Shown here: one piece after another, positions 1-9,698 of the stretch
Layout of the letters: each line of letters opens with the position of its first letter
Numbering within the stretch: position 1 is the first letter of the stretch
Source: Bacteriovoracia bacterium
Lineage (GTDB): Bacteria; Bdellovibrionota; UBA1018; CAIPTA01
NCBI GenBank assembly: GCA_050246755.1
Contig: JBFWVL010000002.1
Coordinates: 192,001 to 256,000, forward strand
DNA: 64,000 bases
Reading direction: 5' to 3'
Program-made: the position numbers and the translations under genes
Notes under the pieces: generated by a model
Seen by the model: the letters and a program-made list of their open reading frames with translations, nothing else
Database searches by the model: none
Told to the model about the DNA's origin: nothing

Positions 1-501
1 TCGATGGGCGATGAGCAAAAAGAGATCGTGCGCACCGAAAGCTTCTGGATCGATACGTGGCTGCGCTCGCAGTACAAGGGCATCGAGACCCGCTATATCA
101 TCCACGATACGGTGGCCCGCGAAGTGGAAGAAAAAGTTTTCTATTCCACCCGCGAAAGCGGCGGCACGCTCATCTCCAGCGCCTATAAGGCCTGCCTGAA
201 ATTGATCGAGACCAGCTATCCGCCCAACCAGTGGAATATCTACTGCTTCCATTTTTCCGATGGCGATAACTGGAGCGGAGAAGACACCAAGCTTTGCTTC
301 GATCTCATCCAGAACCAGCTTTTTCCCAAGATCAATCAGTTCTGCTACGGACAAGTGGAAAGCCGTTACGGCTCTGGGCAATTCCTCAAGGACCTCCAGG
401 AAAACTTTAAGGATGGGCACGAGAAGCTCTCGCTCTCCAAGATTGAGAATAAAGAAGGGATCATGAAGTCGATCAAGGATCTCTTAGGGAAGGGGAAGTA
501 A
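1..501 (+). CDS. YeaH/YhbH (DUF444) family protein, 5'-truncated by window edge
   Basis: vWA-like C-terminal motifs SGGT..SSAY and [11 protein letters not shown]; directly upstream of spoVR, as in prkA-yeaH-spoVR operons. Confidence 0.9.
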   Translation, partial: SMGDEQKEIVRTESFWIDTWLRSQYKGIETRYIIHDTVAREVEEKVFYSTRESGGTLISSAYKACLKLIETSYPPNQWNIYCFHFSDGDNWSGEDTKLCFDLIQNQLFPKINQFCYGQVESRYGSGQFLKDLQENFKDGHEKLSLSKIENKEGIMKSIKDLLGKGK

Positions 502-1986
502 ATGCAGCCGATTCGTCTTCCTCCCGAGCTCAAGGAACTCCAAGAAAAGGTGAAAGCCGTGGCCGAAGGCTATGGCCTCGATTGCTTCGATGTGCTTTTC
601 GAGATGGTGGACTACGACCAGGTGAACCAGATCGCGGCCGGCGGCGGTTTTCCCGCGCGCTACCCGCACTGGCGCTTCGGCATGAGCTACGACCAGCTCT
701 CTAAAGGTTACGAATGGGGGATGCAGAAGATCTACGAAATGGTGATCAATACCGATCCCTGCTACGCCTATTTATTGAATTCGAATCCCTACATTGATCA
801 GAAATTAGTGATGGCCCACGTCTACGGCCACTGCGATTTTTTTAAGAACAACTATTGGTTCTCGAAGACCAACCGCAAGATGCTCGACCAGATGGCGAAT
901 AACGCATCCCGCGTGCGCCGCTATATGGATAAATACGGCGAGGATGAGGTCGAGTCCTTCATCGACCGCTGCCTCTCGATCGAAGACTTGATCGATCCCT
1001 ATTTGCCTTTCCAGAATACGGATCAGCCCAAGCAGGAAGAAGATAAAGCCGGCCCCATCGACGAAGGGAAATTCAAGGCCCCGCGTGGTTATTTGGATTC
1101 CTTCATGAATCCTAAAGCCGTGATGGAGAAAAATAAAAAGGATGCCGAGGCGGCGCGGAAAGAGCAAAAAGAGCATTTCCCCAAAGAGCCCCAGCGCGAC
1201 GTTTTGAAGTTCATGCTCGAGAATGCCCCAATGGAAGACTGGCAGGCCGACGTGCTCTCGATCGTGCGCGACGAGGCTTATTATTTCGTGCCTCAGCGCA
1301 TGACCAAGATCATGAACGAGGGTTGGGCTTCCTATTGGCACTCCAAGATCCTCACCGAGAAGATGCTCGACGCTTCGGAATTCATCGATTTCGCCGACCG
1401 CCATGCGGGAGTGATGGTAACTCAGCCCGGCGGCATGAATCCCTATAAGCTCGGCATCGAATTATTCCGCCACATCGAAGACCGCTGGAACAAAGGCAAG
1501 TTCGGGATGGAATACGATCGCTGCGAAGACATGGTGCAGAAGCGGAACTGGGACAAAAAGCTGGGCTTGGGTCGCCAGAAGATCTTCGAAGTGCGCAAAG
1601 CCCATAACGATATCACCTTCATCGACGAATTTTTCACGGAGGAATTCTGCGAAGAGCAGAAGCTCTATACCTACGCGATGAACCCGCGCACCAAGCGTTT
1701 TGAGATCAAAGACCGCGACTGGCGCCAAGTGAAGGAGAAGATGCTCGCCATGCTCACGAACGGGGGGCAGCCCCTGATCCGCGTGGTGGACGGGAATTAT
1801 AAAAACCGCGGCGAGATGCTGATCAAGCATGAGCACCAGGGCCAGGATCTCGATTTGAATTATACGAAAGCTACCTTGGCCAATCTTTCGGCCGTATGGA
1901 AGCGCCCCGCGCACCTCGAGACGATGATCGAGGGAGTGAGGAAGGTCTATTCCTTCGCGAACGGGGAATTCTCGGAAGAGAAGTAG
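502..1986 (+). CDS. spoVR: SpoVR/YcgB family protein
   Basis: Motifs RYPHWRFG, KIYEMVIN.DPCYAYL, AHVYGHCDFFKNN, TKIMNEGWASYWH, NPYKLG. Confidence 0.95.
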   Translation: MQPIRLPPELKELQEKVKAVAEGYGLDCFDVLFEMVDYDQVNQIAAGGGFPARYPHWRFGMSYDQLSKGYEWGMQKIYEMVINTDPCYAYLLNSNPYIDQKLVMAHVYGHCDFFKNNYWFSKTNRKMLDQMANNASRVRRYMDKYGEDEVESFIDRCLSIEDLIDPYLPFQNTDQPKQEEDKAGPIDEGKFKAPRGYLDSFMNPKAVMEKNKKDAEAARKEQKEHFPKEPQRDVLKFMLENAPMEDWQADVLSIVRDEAYYFVPQRMTKIMNEGWASYWHSKILTEKMLDASEFIDFADRHAGVMVTQPGGMNPYKLGIELFRHIEDRWNKGKFGMEYDRCEDMVQKRNWDKKLGLGRQKIFEVRKAHNDITFIDEFFTEEFCEEQKLYTYAMNPRTKRFEIKDRDWRQVKEKMLAMLTNGGQPLIRVVDGNYKNRGEMLIKHEHQGQDLDLNYTKATLANLSAVWKRPAHLETMIEGVRKVYSFANGEFSEEK

Positions 1987-2010
1987 AGAAAAGACATAAG
2001 GGCGCAAAGC

Positions 2011-2403
2011 CTACTTGACGGGATTGGCCAATAAGCTGATCTTCACCTTCGCGCCGTTGCGGTCCTGGGTTTCCATTCCGGCCTTTTCGCCAAAGAGCGC
2101 AATGAATGCCGGGGACGAAAGCACTTCATTATTATTTTTGGCGTCGATCACCTGGTATTCCATGCGCACGTCTTTTTGCGAGCTGGAGATCACGCGGGCC
2201 TGGACTTGAATCCCATTGCCGTGGCGGAAAATGGTTTTCCAGCCGTGGTTGGCGCGGTCGAACACGGAGGACGTACTGGCTTCCGTGGTACGGTCTACGT
2301 CGTTGTACGAAAATTCCGTAGAAACTTTAATATCGCTTGGGTAAGGAACTTTTGCCATGGCGGGGATGGCGGCGAAGAGAGCGAGCAGTAGGAACGAGCG
2401 CAT
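2011..2403 (-). CDS. Hypothetical secreted protein
   Basis: Signal peptide MRSFLLLALFAAIPAMA; SD-like GGAGG upstream. Confidence 0.75.
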   Translation of the reverse strand: MRSFLLLALFAAIPAMAKVPYPSDIKVSTEFSYNDVDRTTEASTSSVFDRANHGWKTIFRHGNGIQVQARVISSSQKDVRMEYQVIDAKNNNEVLSSPAFIALFGEKAGMETQDRNGAKVKISLLANPVK

Positions 2404-2474
2404 AGAAACCTCCGGTGAATAAAGAAAGTGTAGTGGTTCCCCGAAAAAAATCTAGCGCATTAGTGTCCCAGTGC

Positions 2475-3809
2475 CTAGTGGACCGGCTTGGTGGGGTTGT
2501 CTTCATCGCCATTCACGGTGAACAAATTGTCGTCGTCGATCTCTTTGGCCAGCTTTTGGTAGGACTTCCACTTTCCGCGCTCGGCCCAGTCGTGGATTGC
2601 GGTAATCAGCCCCAGGTTCGCGCCCGCTTCGAGATCGAACGCGGTTTCGAGGCCGTTGGCCAGGATATCCAAGTTTTTCGTGCCCTTGGGGTCCACCCGG
2701 CGTTTGGCGGAGCCGCGCTTCTTCTGGAAATAGAGGGTATTGTAGTAGGTATACGAAGTGCAGCTATTGAAGAAGAAGATCTGGTACTGCTCTTTGGGCA
2801 AAGTGATGCGGAAATTATTGATCCTGGCGATCTCTTCGAGATCGAGGTGCCCGCCGAGGCCGCTATGTCCGTCGTAGATCAGCACCGAGGCGTGTCCGAG
2901 GCCATCGCGAAAAAAATAGTGAAAGGGCGTGCTCTCTTCGTCCATCGCGGTTTCGCCGAAGAATAAGCGCACGCGCATCGTGACCTCGCCCGCCGTTTTG
3001 GTGCCTTCTTCCACGTGGGGGAGAAGCGCGGAGGCGGGCGCGATTTTGCGGATTTTTTCGGGAGTCCAAGCAGAGAAAGCGAAGCCCATTTCCTTCAGGC
3101 TTTTTTTCAGTGCGCGATAGCTCTCGGCGCCGGCATCCTTGGAGCGGGCGGGGTCATGGCTATGCGCGGGATCGTCGAGGCCGAAAAAAGCGTCGATCCG
3201 GATCTCCCCGTTTTGCACGAGGCGGTCGTATTCGGGGTAGGTAGACTTAGCTTCCGGATTGACGCGCTCGATGCGGCCATGCACTACCTCATAGTCTACG
3301 CCCTCCTTCAGGCGGCATTTTTTATACGCGGGAGCCGGACTCCAGAAATACCAAAAGTCTCCTTCGCCTTGGTAGTGATCGTCGGTGCAGGGATTATAAT
3401 TTCCCACCATCGCCGCCTGGTAGATGAGGTCGGGATTGTTCGGTAGGATCACGTCGTAGTTCGTGCGCGGGCCTTTTTCCACCACGATCGTGCCTTCGTA
3501 GTCGTAGCTGATCTCGGCCAGGCCGGGGGAGGGCAAGCTGACTTGCACGTTGGAAATTTGGTGGTCTTCTTTGGGCGCGGCCATCGAAGCGGCGCGTTCC
3601 ATCGGGCCGAAAAGGTGGAGAATTTGCTTTTCGATCTGATCGCGGGCTTCCGCTTTGGTGGGGCGGCGATTCGTGATCATTTCCACTTTATGCGAGAACG
3701 TGAGAGTGGCTTCGGTGGCGTGCTTGGACACGAACGCCACGTGGCGGTCGGGAAGCGGGCGCGTTTGCGCGCAAGCAGTGAGAAGGAGGAAGCTCAGCAG
3801 GATCCGCAT
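2475..3809 (-). CDS. Lipoprotein with a possible clan CD (caspase/gingipain-like) His-Cys peptidase domain
   Basis: Lipobox LLLTAC; LIYDGHSGLG and IFFFNSCTSY resemble the His and Cys strands of clan CD peptidases. The fold is an inference. Confidence 0.6.
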   Translation of the reverse strand: MRILLSFLLLTACAQTRPLPDRHVAFVSKHATEATLTFSHKVEMITNRRPTKAEARDQIEKQILHLFGPMERAASMAAPKEDHQISNVQVSLPSPGLAEISYDYEGTIVVEKGPRTNYDVILPNNPDLIYQAAMVGNYNPCTDDHYQGEGDFWYFWSPAPAYKKCRLKEGVDYEVVHGRIERVNPEAKSTYPEYDRLVQNGEIRIDAFFGLDDPAHSHDPARSKDAGAESYRALKKSLKEMGFAFSAWTPEKIRKIAPASALLPHVEEGTKTAGEVTMRVRLFFGETAMDEESTPFHYFFRDGLGHASVLIYDGHSGLGGHLDLEEIARINNFRITLPKEQYQIFFFNSCTSYTYYNTLYFQKKRGSAKRRVDPKGTKNLDILANGLETAFDLEAGANLGLITAIHDWAERGKWKSYQKLAKEIDDDNLFTVNGDEDNPTKPVH

Positions 3810-3821
3810 GGTATCTCCTAG

Positions 3822-4547
3822 CTAGAAGAAGAAGATGATGCTCGTGATCATCGAATACATATTTCCCGTGGTGTCGGGAAGGCCGCTGTCGATATAGCTC
3901 TCCTCGTTGCGGTCTTTGAAATAGATTTGGTGCACGCGGCCTTCGATGCCGAGGCTGGTTTTGCGCGGTTTGAGGGCGAATTCCATCCCCGCGCCCGCCG
4001 AGAGGGCGAAGGCGGTGTCTTTTTCCACTTTGTTCAGCGTTTGGAATGCCTGGGTGCGGAAGGTATTGCTCACGCCGGCGATGATATAGGGATTCGCCAT
4101 GGTCACGGCGGCGCCCCAGTCTTTCGTGTCCATATAGTATTTCATGTCGGCGTTGATGCGCATGAGGCTCACTTCCACTGCGCCGTTAGGGACGGCGTTG
4201 AAGGCGTGGGAAGCCGAGCTGATCCCGATTTGGCCGGCGAGGCGGAAATCGAAGAAATAGAGCAGGCGGAAATCCAGCACGGGAATGGCGGTATTATAAA
4301 GCTTACCGATATTGCCGCCGAATTTATGGAGGCCGCTGCCGAGGGAGACGGCAAAGAAGCGGCCGAAATACATGAAGCGCTCGTCTTCATCCACGTCGTA
4401 TTCGTCTTCGAAGGGCACGAAATCGGAGAACGGGTTGGCGAGCTCTTGGGCGCCGGCCTGAGGCTGCTCGTCGGCGGCCCGCGCAAGGCGGGTTGAAGTG
4501 ACTAAGAGGCTGAGCGCCAGAATGAGAAGTCCGATCCTTCGAACCAT
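3822..4547 (-). CDS. Outer-membrane beta-barrel protein
   Basis: Signal peptide, alternating amphipathic strands, C-terminal IIFFF. Confidence 0.7.
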   Translation of the reverse strand: MVRRIGLLILALSLLVTSTRLARAADEQPQAGAQELANPFSDFVPFEDEYDVDEDERFMYFGRFFAVSLGSGLHKFGGNIGKLYNTAIPVLDFRLLYFFDFRLAGQIGISSASHAFNAVPNGAVEVSLMRINADMKYYMDTKDWGAAVTMANPYIIAGVSNTFRTQAFQTLNKVEKDTAFALSAGAGMEFALKPRKTSLGIEGRVHQIYFKDRNEESYIDSGLPDTTGNMYSMITSIIFFF

Positions 4548-4602
4548 ACGTGTCTCCTACCTGTTTATTGTATGGCAGGGAGAGGGGATGTCAATGGGGA
4601 AC

Positions 4603-4681
4603 GGTGGGTGGTTGGCCGTTAGCGGTTTGCAGTGAAAATAGCATTCAACGGATAACCGCCAACTGCGAACAGCCAACCGAC
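4603..4681. repeat. Imperfect inverted repeat built from degenerate heptamers
   Basis: Left arm GGTGGGT GGTTGGC CGTTAGC GGTTTGC; right arm AACGGAT AACCGCC AACTGCG AACAGCC AACCGAC. Confidence 0.7.
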
Positions 4682-4682
4682 G

Positions 4683-5204
4683 TTAGAAGTAAAAGTGCAT
4701 TCCGGCCGAGAGAAACGAATCGCCCGAAGTGCGGATCGCGAAGGAGCCGGTGGTATTATCACCGCGGATGCCGGCTTCGAAGCTGAGGCCAAGACTGGGG
4801 ATCTTATCGAAGAAAAATTCGGAACCGAAAAAGAGCGAGCCCTGAAGATTGGAACCGCTGCGGTTGATATAGGCGATCCCGCCGCCCACGTAAAAAATCA
4901 GATTCGATTCCACGAACATATTGCGGAAGAGTTTTGCGCCCAAAACCACCGTGGATCCGCCGGCGCGGGTGTCAAAACCGGTGGCCAGGGAAGTGGCAAA
5001 GCTGCGGCCCAGGTAGTACTTAGCGCTGAGGGCGGGGATCGTGGAGCCTGAGGCATTGGTGGCGATTTGGTTCGTAAACCCGATGCCGAGCCGGCCCCGA
5101 AGATTTTTCTCTTCGCCTCCGCCGATCGCGGCTTTGGCCACGGGGGCCATTAGGAGGAACATCCAAAGGAGCGTCAAAACGAATGCGGCGCGATATTTGA
5201 ACAT
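4683..5204 (-). CDS. Small outer-membrane beta-barrel protein
   Basis: Signal peptide; Gly/aromatic amphipathic strands; terminal AGMHFYF beta-signal. Confidence 0.75.
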   Translation of the reverse strand: MFKYRAAFVLTLLWMFLLMAPVAKAAIGGGEEKNLRGRLGIGFTNQIATNASGSTIPALSAKYYLGRSFATSLATGFDTRAGGSTVVLGAKLFRNMFVESNLIFYVGGGIAYINRSGSNLQGSLFFGSEFFFDKIPSLGLSFEAGIRGDNTTGSFAIRTSGDSFLSAGMHFYF

Positions 5205-5261
5205 GCAGGAAGTATAGGAGATTCTTTACGAATCGGCAAATCTAAAGGTATAAACTTGGGT

Positions 5262-5900
5262 ATGAACACAAAAGCAATTTCGGATCTAGTGGTAGAAAAT
5301 TGGAAAGCCGTAGCCGGCATTATCTTGGCCGCCTTAGTAGTGGTGGGCGGCGTGGCCCTCTGGAAAGAGCGCAGCGAGCGCCGAGAAATGGCCGCCACGA
5401 ACGCGCTTTACGAAGCGCAGCTGGCTGCTAAAGATCTGATCGCCGGCAAGCAGCTCGAGCAGGCCGAAAAGAGCTACGAGAAATTATTTGCCGAGTATCC
5501 TGGGTCCCGCGCGGCCTACGAGGCTGAGCTGCAAATTGGCGATCTCTGGATGGAGGCCAAGAATTTCGACAAGGCCACCGAGCATTACGAAAAAGCCGCG
5601 AGCCACGCGAAAGATTCTTTTTCGCGCCTGCTCGCCCGCTATAATCTTGGTATCTCGCAGGAGAGCGCCGGTAAATTCAAGGAAGCCGTGGCTACCTACG
5701 AGGAAACCCTCAAGACCGATGGTTCGGATTTCCTCCGCCCCGAAGTATTGATGGCCCAGGCCCGTTGCTACGAGGCTTTAAAGGAAAATCAAAAGGCGAT
5801 CGAGCTGTATAAGACGGTGCAGGAAAAATTTGCGGCGCGTTCCTACTATAGCGGCGCGGCTTCCGCCTTCGAGAAACAGCTCAGCGCTAAACGTCTCTGA
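5262..5900 (+). CDS. YfgM-like membrane-anchored TPR protein
   Basis: N-terminal TM helix followed by TPR-like helices; directly upstream of a BamB-like gene. Confidence 0.8.
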   Translation: MNTKAISDLVVENWKAVAGIILAALVVVGGVALWKERSERREMAATNALYEAQLAAKDLIAGKQLEQAEKSYEKLFAEYPGSRAAYEAELQIGDLWMEAKNFDKATEHYEKAASHAKDSFSRLLARYNLGISQESAGKFKEAVATYEETLKTDGSDFLRPEVLMAQARCYEALKENQKAIELYKTVQEKFAARSYYSGAASAFEKQLSAKRL

Positions 5901-5915
5901 TTTTCGGAGCAATGA

Positions 5916-7049
5916 ATGCGAATTTTCGCGGCTAGTCTATCGTTCGTTCTGCTGTTTACGGCCTGTTCTCATTCGCGCGCGGTTCGCACGAAAGAGCCAG
6001 TTTTGCAGCGGGGCTGGAGTTTCGTGGAAGATGAGCGTGATTTTCTGCGCCAAGAAGCCGGGGTAGGGCAAGTAACCTATTCGGCCCCGGTGCTGGCTTC
6101 CGAAAAACTGCTTTTTGGCTCCGAACGTTTTGGCATCACCGCCCTCGCTAAGCGCAATGGCAGGATTCTCTGGCAGCATCGCATCGCCGATGGCGTGGCG
6201 GCGCAGCCCTACGCCGATGAATCCAGTGTTTACGTGGGCAGCGAAAGCGGAACGCTCCGTAAATTTGAAATTAACTCTGGCCGCCTGGTTTGGGAGTCTG
6301 CGCTTTCCGGGCCTGTGCATGGTGCGATGATCCATGCGTTTCAGCGCCTCTTCGTGGGTACCGAGGACGAAGCCCTCCACGCGGTGGATATGGCCACCGG
6401 TAAAATCCTGTGGACCTACCGCCGTCCGGCTTTTAACAATACCAGTATCAAGGGCGGCGGAAATCCTTCCGCGATCGCCGGAAAAATATGGATTGGTTTT
6501 AGCGACGGAGCGCTCGTTTCCCTAAATCCCGAAACGGGCGCGGTGGACTCGGAAAAGATCTACCGCGATAATTTGAAGTTCATGGATGTGGATGCACGGG
6601 TGGTGGGCTGGAAAGATGGTCTGCTCGTGACCACCTATGATGGAAAACTGCGCCATACCCGACGCGATGGAAACATTATTTGGGAGTTCCCGGCCGGAGG
6701 CGCCCGCGCGCCGCTCGTGACGGATGGCGAAGTTATTTATTTCCCTTCTTCCGAAGGCACGATCTACGCGATCGGTGCCAAGGGCCAAGAACTCTGGCGC
6801 TATACTCTGCGTCGCGGGGTGCCAAGTGGCTTAGGGCTCGTCGTCCGTAATGGCCGCCGCGTGCTGGTGGCCACGAGCACCGAAGACAAAGTATACGCGC
6901 TCGATGCCTCTGATGGATCCCTTCTCGGCCAGTCCGGCCTGGGCCGGGGATCGGGTTCCTTTGCGCCGGTGGCGATCGATGAGCAGACGGGCTCGGTCTA
7001 CGTGCTGTCCAACTATAGCCGCGTGCATGAATTCCGGCTGAATCTCTAG
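5916..7049 (+). CDS. BamB-like PQQ-type beta-propeller lipoprotein
   Basis: Lipobox LFTAC; repeated AxDxxTGxxxW propeller motifs; yfgM-bamB-like synteny. Confidence 0.8.
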   Translation: MRIFAASLSFVLLFTACSHSRAVRTKEPVLQRGWSFVEDERDFLRQEAGVGQVTYSAPVLASEKLLFGSERFGITALAKRNGRILWQHRIADGVAAQPYADESSVYVGSESGTLRKFEINSGRLVWESALSGPVHGAMIHAFQRLFVGTEDEALHAVDMATGKILWTYRRPAFNNTSIKGGGNPSAIAGKIWIGFSDGALVSLNPETGAVDSEKIYRDNLKFMDVDARVVGWKDGLLVTTYDGKLRHTRRDGNIIWEFPAGGARAPLVTDGEVIYFPSSEGTIYAIGAKGQELWRYTLRRGVPSGLGLVVRNGRRVLVATSTEDKVYALDASDGSLLGQSGLGRGSGSFAPVAIDEQTGSVYVLSNYSRVHEFRLNL

Positions 7050-7053
7050 AGCC

Positions 7054-7647
7054 ATGCGAAAAACGCCTCTCCTTGATCTCGGCAACGTTATCCTCAAGGT
7101 AGATTTCGCGCCCTTCCTCGATTGGCTGAAAAGCAAGGCGGGCCCGCATAACCTAGCCCGCGCCGAGGCCTTCCTTTCCAGCTCCCTTTTCTTCGATTTC
7201 GAGTTCGGCAGTATTGGCCGGGTGGATTTTGCCCGCCGCCTTTCTGATCTCTACGGCACTAGCATCACGGTAGCCGAGGTGGAGAAGCACTTTTGCGATA
7301 TTTTTCCTGGTCCCGTGGAAGGCATGGACGTCCTGATGGAAGAGCTTCTGGCGGAGGGGCCGGTCTACGCGCTCTCCAATACAAATGAAATCCATTTAGA
7401 TTGGCTGCGCCTGCACTGCCCGCTGGTAAAACGCTTCACCAAGCTCTATGCTTCCCATGAGATCCATATGCGAAAGCCTTACCCGGGCATTTATCGGGCG
7501 GTGGCCGAAAGCCTTGATTTGGAGGCCCGCGATATGGTGTTTTTTGATGACTTGCACGCCAACGTGCAGGGGGCGCTGAGGGCAGGGATGGATGCCCACG
7601 TTTTTGCCGGCCCGGAGCATATCCGGACCGTGATGAAGAGTTTTTAG
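7054..7647 (+). CDS. HAD-superfamily phosphatase (YihX-like)
   Basis: DLGNV motif I, LSNTN, RKP, FFDD..NV.GA. Confidence 0.9.
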   Translation: MRKTPLLDLGNVILKVDFAPFLDWLKSKAGPHNLARAEAFLSSSLFFDFEFGSIGRVDFARRLSDLYGTSITVAEVEKHFCDIFPGPVEGMDVLMEELLAEGPVYALSNTNEIHLDWLRLHCPLVKRFTKLYASHEIHMRKPYPGIYRAVAESLDLEARDMVFFDDLHANVQGALRAGMDAHVFAGPEHIRTVMKSF

Positions 7648-7680
7648 GAAACGGACGATACAGACTATTAGGGGGGACCC

Positions 7681-8868
7681 ATGGGCAAGAATATTAGCAA
7701 ATTATTGATTTTATTGACTATTTTAATGCCGTTCGGAGCCGTGGCGGCTCTGGCAGACCACGCCAAGATTGAAGCGATCGGCGGGGCCGCTAGCGTGAGC
7801 GTGAAGCGCGACGGGAAGACGGTGGAGCTGAAAAAGGGTGAATTTCTCCAATCCGGGGATGAGCTCTTCACCAACGATCATACCGCCGCCGATATCCGCT
7901 TCGACGACCAGACCCTCGTGCGGGTGGGCGTGAATTCCACGTATAAAATCGTGGAAGATACCGGGGCTACCAAGTTCCTGCATCGCCTCTTTTCGGGGGT
8001 AGTGCGCGTGCTCGTGCCGGTGAAAAAGGAAGCCAAAACGGACGAAATTAAGTTCAAGATGAAGACTCCGCAGGGAACCATCGGCGTGAGGGGAACGGAA
8101 TTCACCGTGGCCATCGGCGAACAGGGCACCACCCTGAAAGGCCTCAGCGGCGAAGTGATGTTCGGCCCGGAAAATGCCGAGTTTTCCGATACTAGTAAGT
8201 TTGTTTATGTTGGGCGCGGAATGGAAAGCTCCGTGGCCGCCAATAAAGCACCGGCTAAGCCCAAAAAATACGACCTCGAGAAGTACCTCAAGGAAATCGA
8301 CAAGGGCGACGGTATTTTCGGGGGCGTGGCCAAGCGTTCGAATCTGAATATGCTCCGCCGCGGCGAAAGTGCGCCGGTGGTGGTGGCGGCCAATACCGCG
8401 CCGGTGAAGGAAGCAGCCAAACCGATCAAAGCGGGCGGCGCTTCGAAGGCTGAAGTGAAAGCTCCGGCTAAGAAAAGCCTCGATGAGCAGTTGATGGACC
8501 AGGTGATGATGGGCAACTTACCGAAGGTGCAGAACCTCGTGAAGAACGGTGCCAACGTGAACTACCAGGATGAGGATGGGAACTCTTCCCTCCACTTCGC
8601 CGTGCTCAAAGAGCACCAAGAAATCATCCAGTTCCTGATTATCAAGGGCGCGAAGGTGAATATCCAGACGAAGATGGGCACCACTCCACTCATGCAGGTA
8701 GCGATCGACAATGCTCCCAAGATCATCGCCGATCTTCTGGTGCAGAACGATGCCGATCCTAAGATCAAAAATAAGGACGGCTTCACCGCGCTGGATATCG
8801 CGGAAAGCAAAACGGGTAATGCGCGGGACGAAGCGCTCATCGCGTTCCTGAGGAAAGTTACGAAGTAA
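7681..8868 (+). CDS. Secreted FecR-domain protein with C-terminal ankyrin repeats
   Basis: Signal peptide; FecR motif TPQGTIGVRGTEF; ankyrin motifs GNSSLHFA, GTTPLMQV, GFTALDIA. Confidence 0.85.
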   Translation: MGKNISKLLILLTILMPFGAVAALADHAKIEAIGGAASVSVKRDGKTVELKKGEFLQSGDELFTNDHTAADIRFDDQTLVRVGVNSTYKIVEDTGATKFLHRLFSGVVRVLVPVKKEAKTDEIKFKMKTPQGTIGVRGTEFTVAIGEQGTTLKGLSGEVMFGPENAEFSDTSKFVYVGRGMESSVAANKAPAKPKKYDLEKYLKEIDKGDGIFGGVAKRSNLNMLRRGESAPVVVAANTAPVKEAAKPIKAGGASKAEVKAPAKKSLDEQLMDQVMMGNLPKVQNLVKNGANVNYQDEDGNSSLHFAVLKEHQEIIQFLIIKGAKVNIQTKMGTTPLMQVAIDNAPKIIADLLVQNDADPKIKNKDGFTALDIAESKTGNARDEALIAFLRKVTK

Positions 8869-8885
8869 TTCCTTCGTACAAAGAG

Positions 8886-8922
8886 AAAAGAAAAAGGAGC
8901 CCGAGTGGCTCCTTTTTCTTTT
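8886..8922. terminator. Bidirectional intrinsic terminator
   Basis: AAAAGAAAAAGGAGCC-cgagt-GGCTCCTTTTTCTTTT between convergent genes. Confidence 0.9.
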
Positions 8923-9617
8923 TAGCTAATCGCCAATTTCATCGGTGGGCTTTTGAGGTGTTCCTGGCGCAAACGCAGCAAGAAATCCCGGCGCGTGATG
9001 TAGTGCCCCCCCAGGTGTTCCGTTACGGGAGTGAGCATTTGAATGTCCATCCACTGGAGCCCGAGAGATTTTAGTTTCAGCGCCATTTCCACCAGCGCGA
9101 GTTTCGATACATTGGGCTCGAGGTGGAACATGCTTTCCCCTGAAAACACGCCCTTCACATAGACCCCGTAGAGGCCCCCCACGAGCTCTTCTCCGCGCCA
9201 TACCTCCACGCTATGCGCGTAGCCGGCTTCGTGGAACTTCGTGTAGGAGGGAATCAAAGTAGGGATGATCCAGGTGCCTTCTTGGCCGGGGCGCGGCTGC
9301 TTGGCGCACTCTTCGATTACACGGGAGAAGGATCTATTGAAGGTGAAATGGTAAGTGCCTTTTTTGCGGAGCCGCTCGAGGCTGCGGGGAATATGGAGGT
9401 CGTTAAAATCGATCACGCCGCGGGGCTCGGGGCAGAACCAGAAGAGGGGATAGGATTCTTCGAGGGGCCAGGGGAAGATTCCCTGCGAATAGGCCTGCAC
9501 GAGAGTTTCGGGCTCGAGGTTCCCGCCGATATAAATCAGGCCGTCGGATTCTTCTGGGAGAATCCAGGGATCCGGGAATTTTACCTGACCGAGATTTATG
9601 GGCTTACGGGTATTCAT
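8922..9617 (-). CDS. aat: Leucyl/phenylalanyl-tRNA--protein transferase
   Basis: AYSQGIFPW, GYAHSVEVW, LVGGLYGV, FSGESMF. Confidence 0.95.
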   Translation of the reverse strand: MNTRKPINLGQVKFPDPWILPEESDGLIYIGGNLEPETLVQAYSQGIFPWPLEESYPLFWFCPEPRGVIDFNDLHIPRSLERLRKKGTYHFTFNRSFSRVIEECAKQPRPGQEGTWIIPTLIPSYTKFHEAGYAHSVEVWRGEELVGGLYGVYVKGVFSGESMFHLEPNVSKLALVEMALKLKSLGLQWMDIQMLTPVTEHLGGHYITRRDFLLRLRQEHLKSPPMKLAIS

Positions 9618-9698
9618 CCTTGGCTAGAACCCTCTGCCTCCATTGTAGCAGTTTGCATGGCTATCGCTGCGAAAGAATTTCTGGGGTAGAATTTTTTT

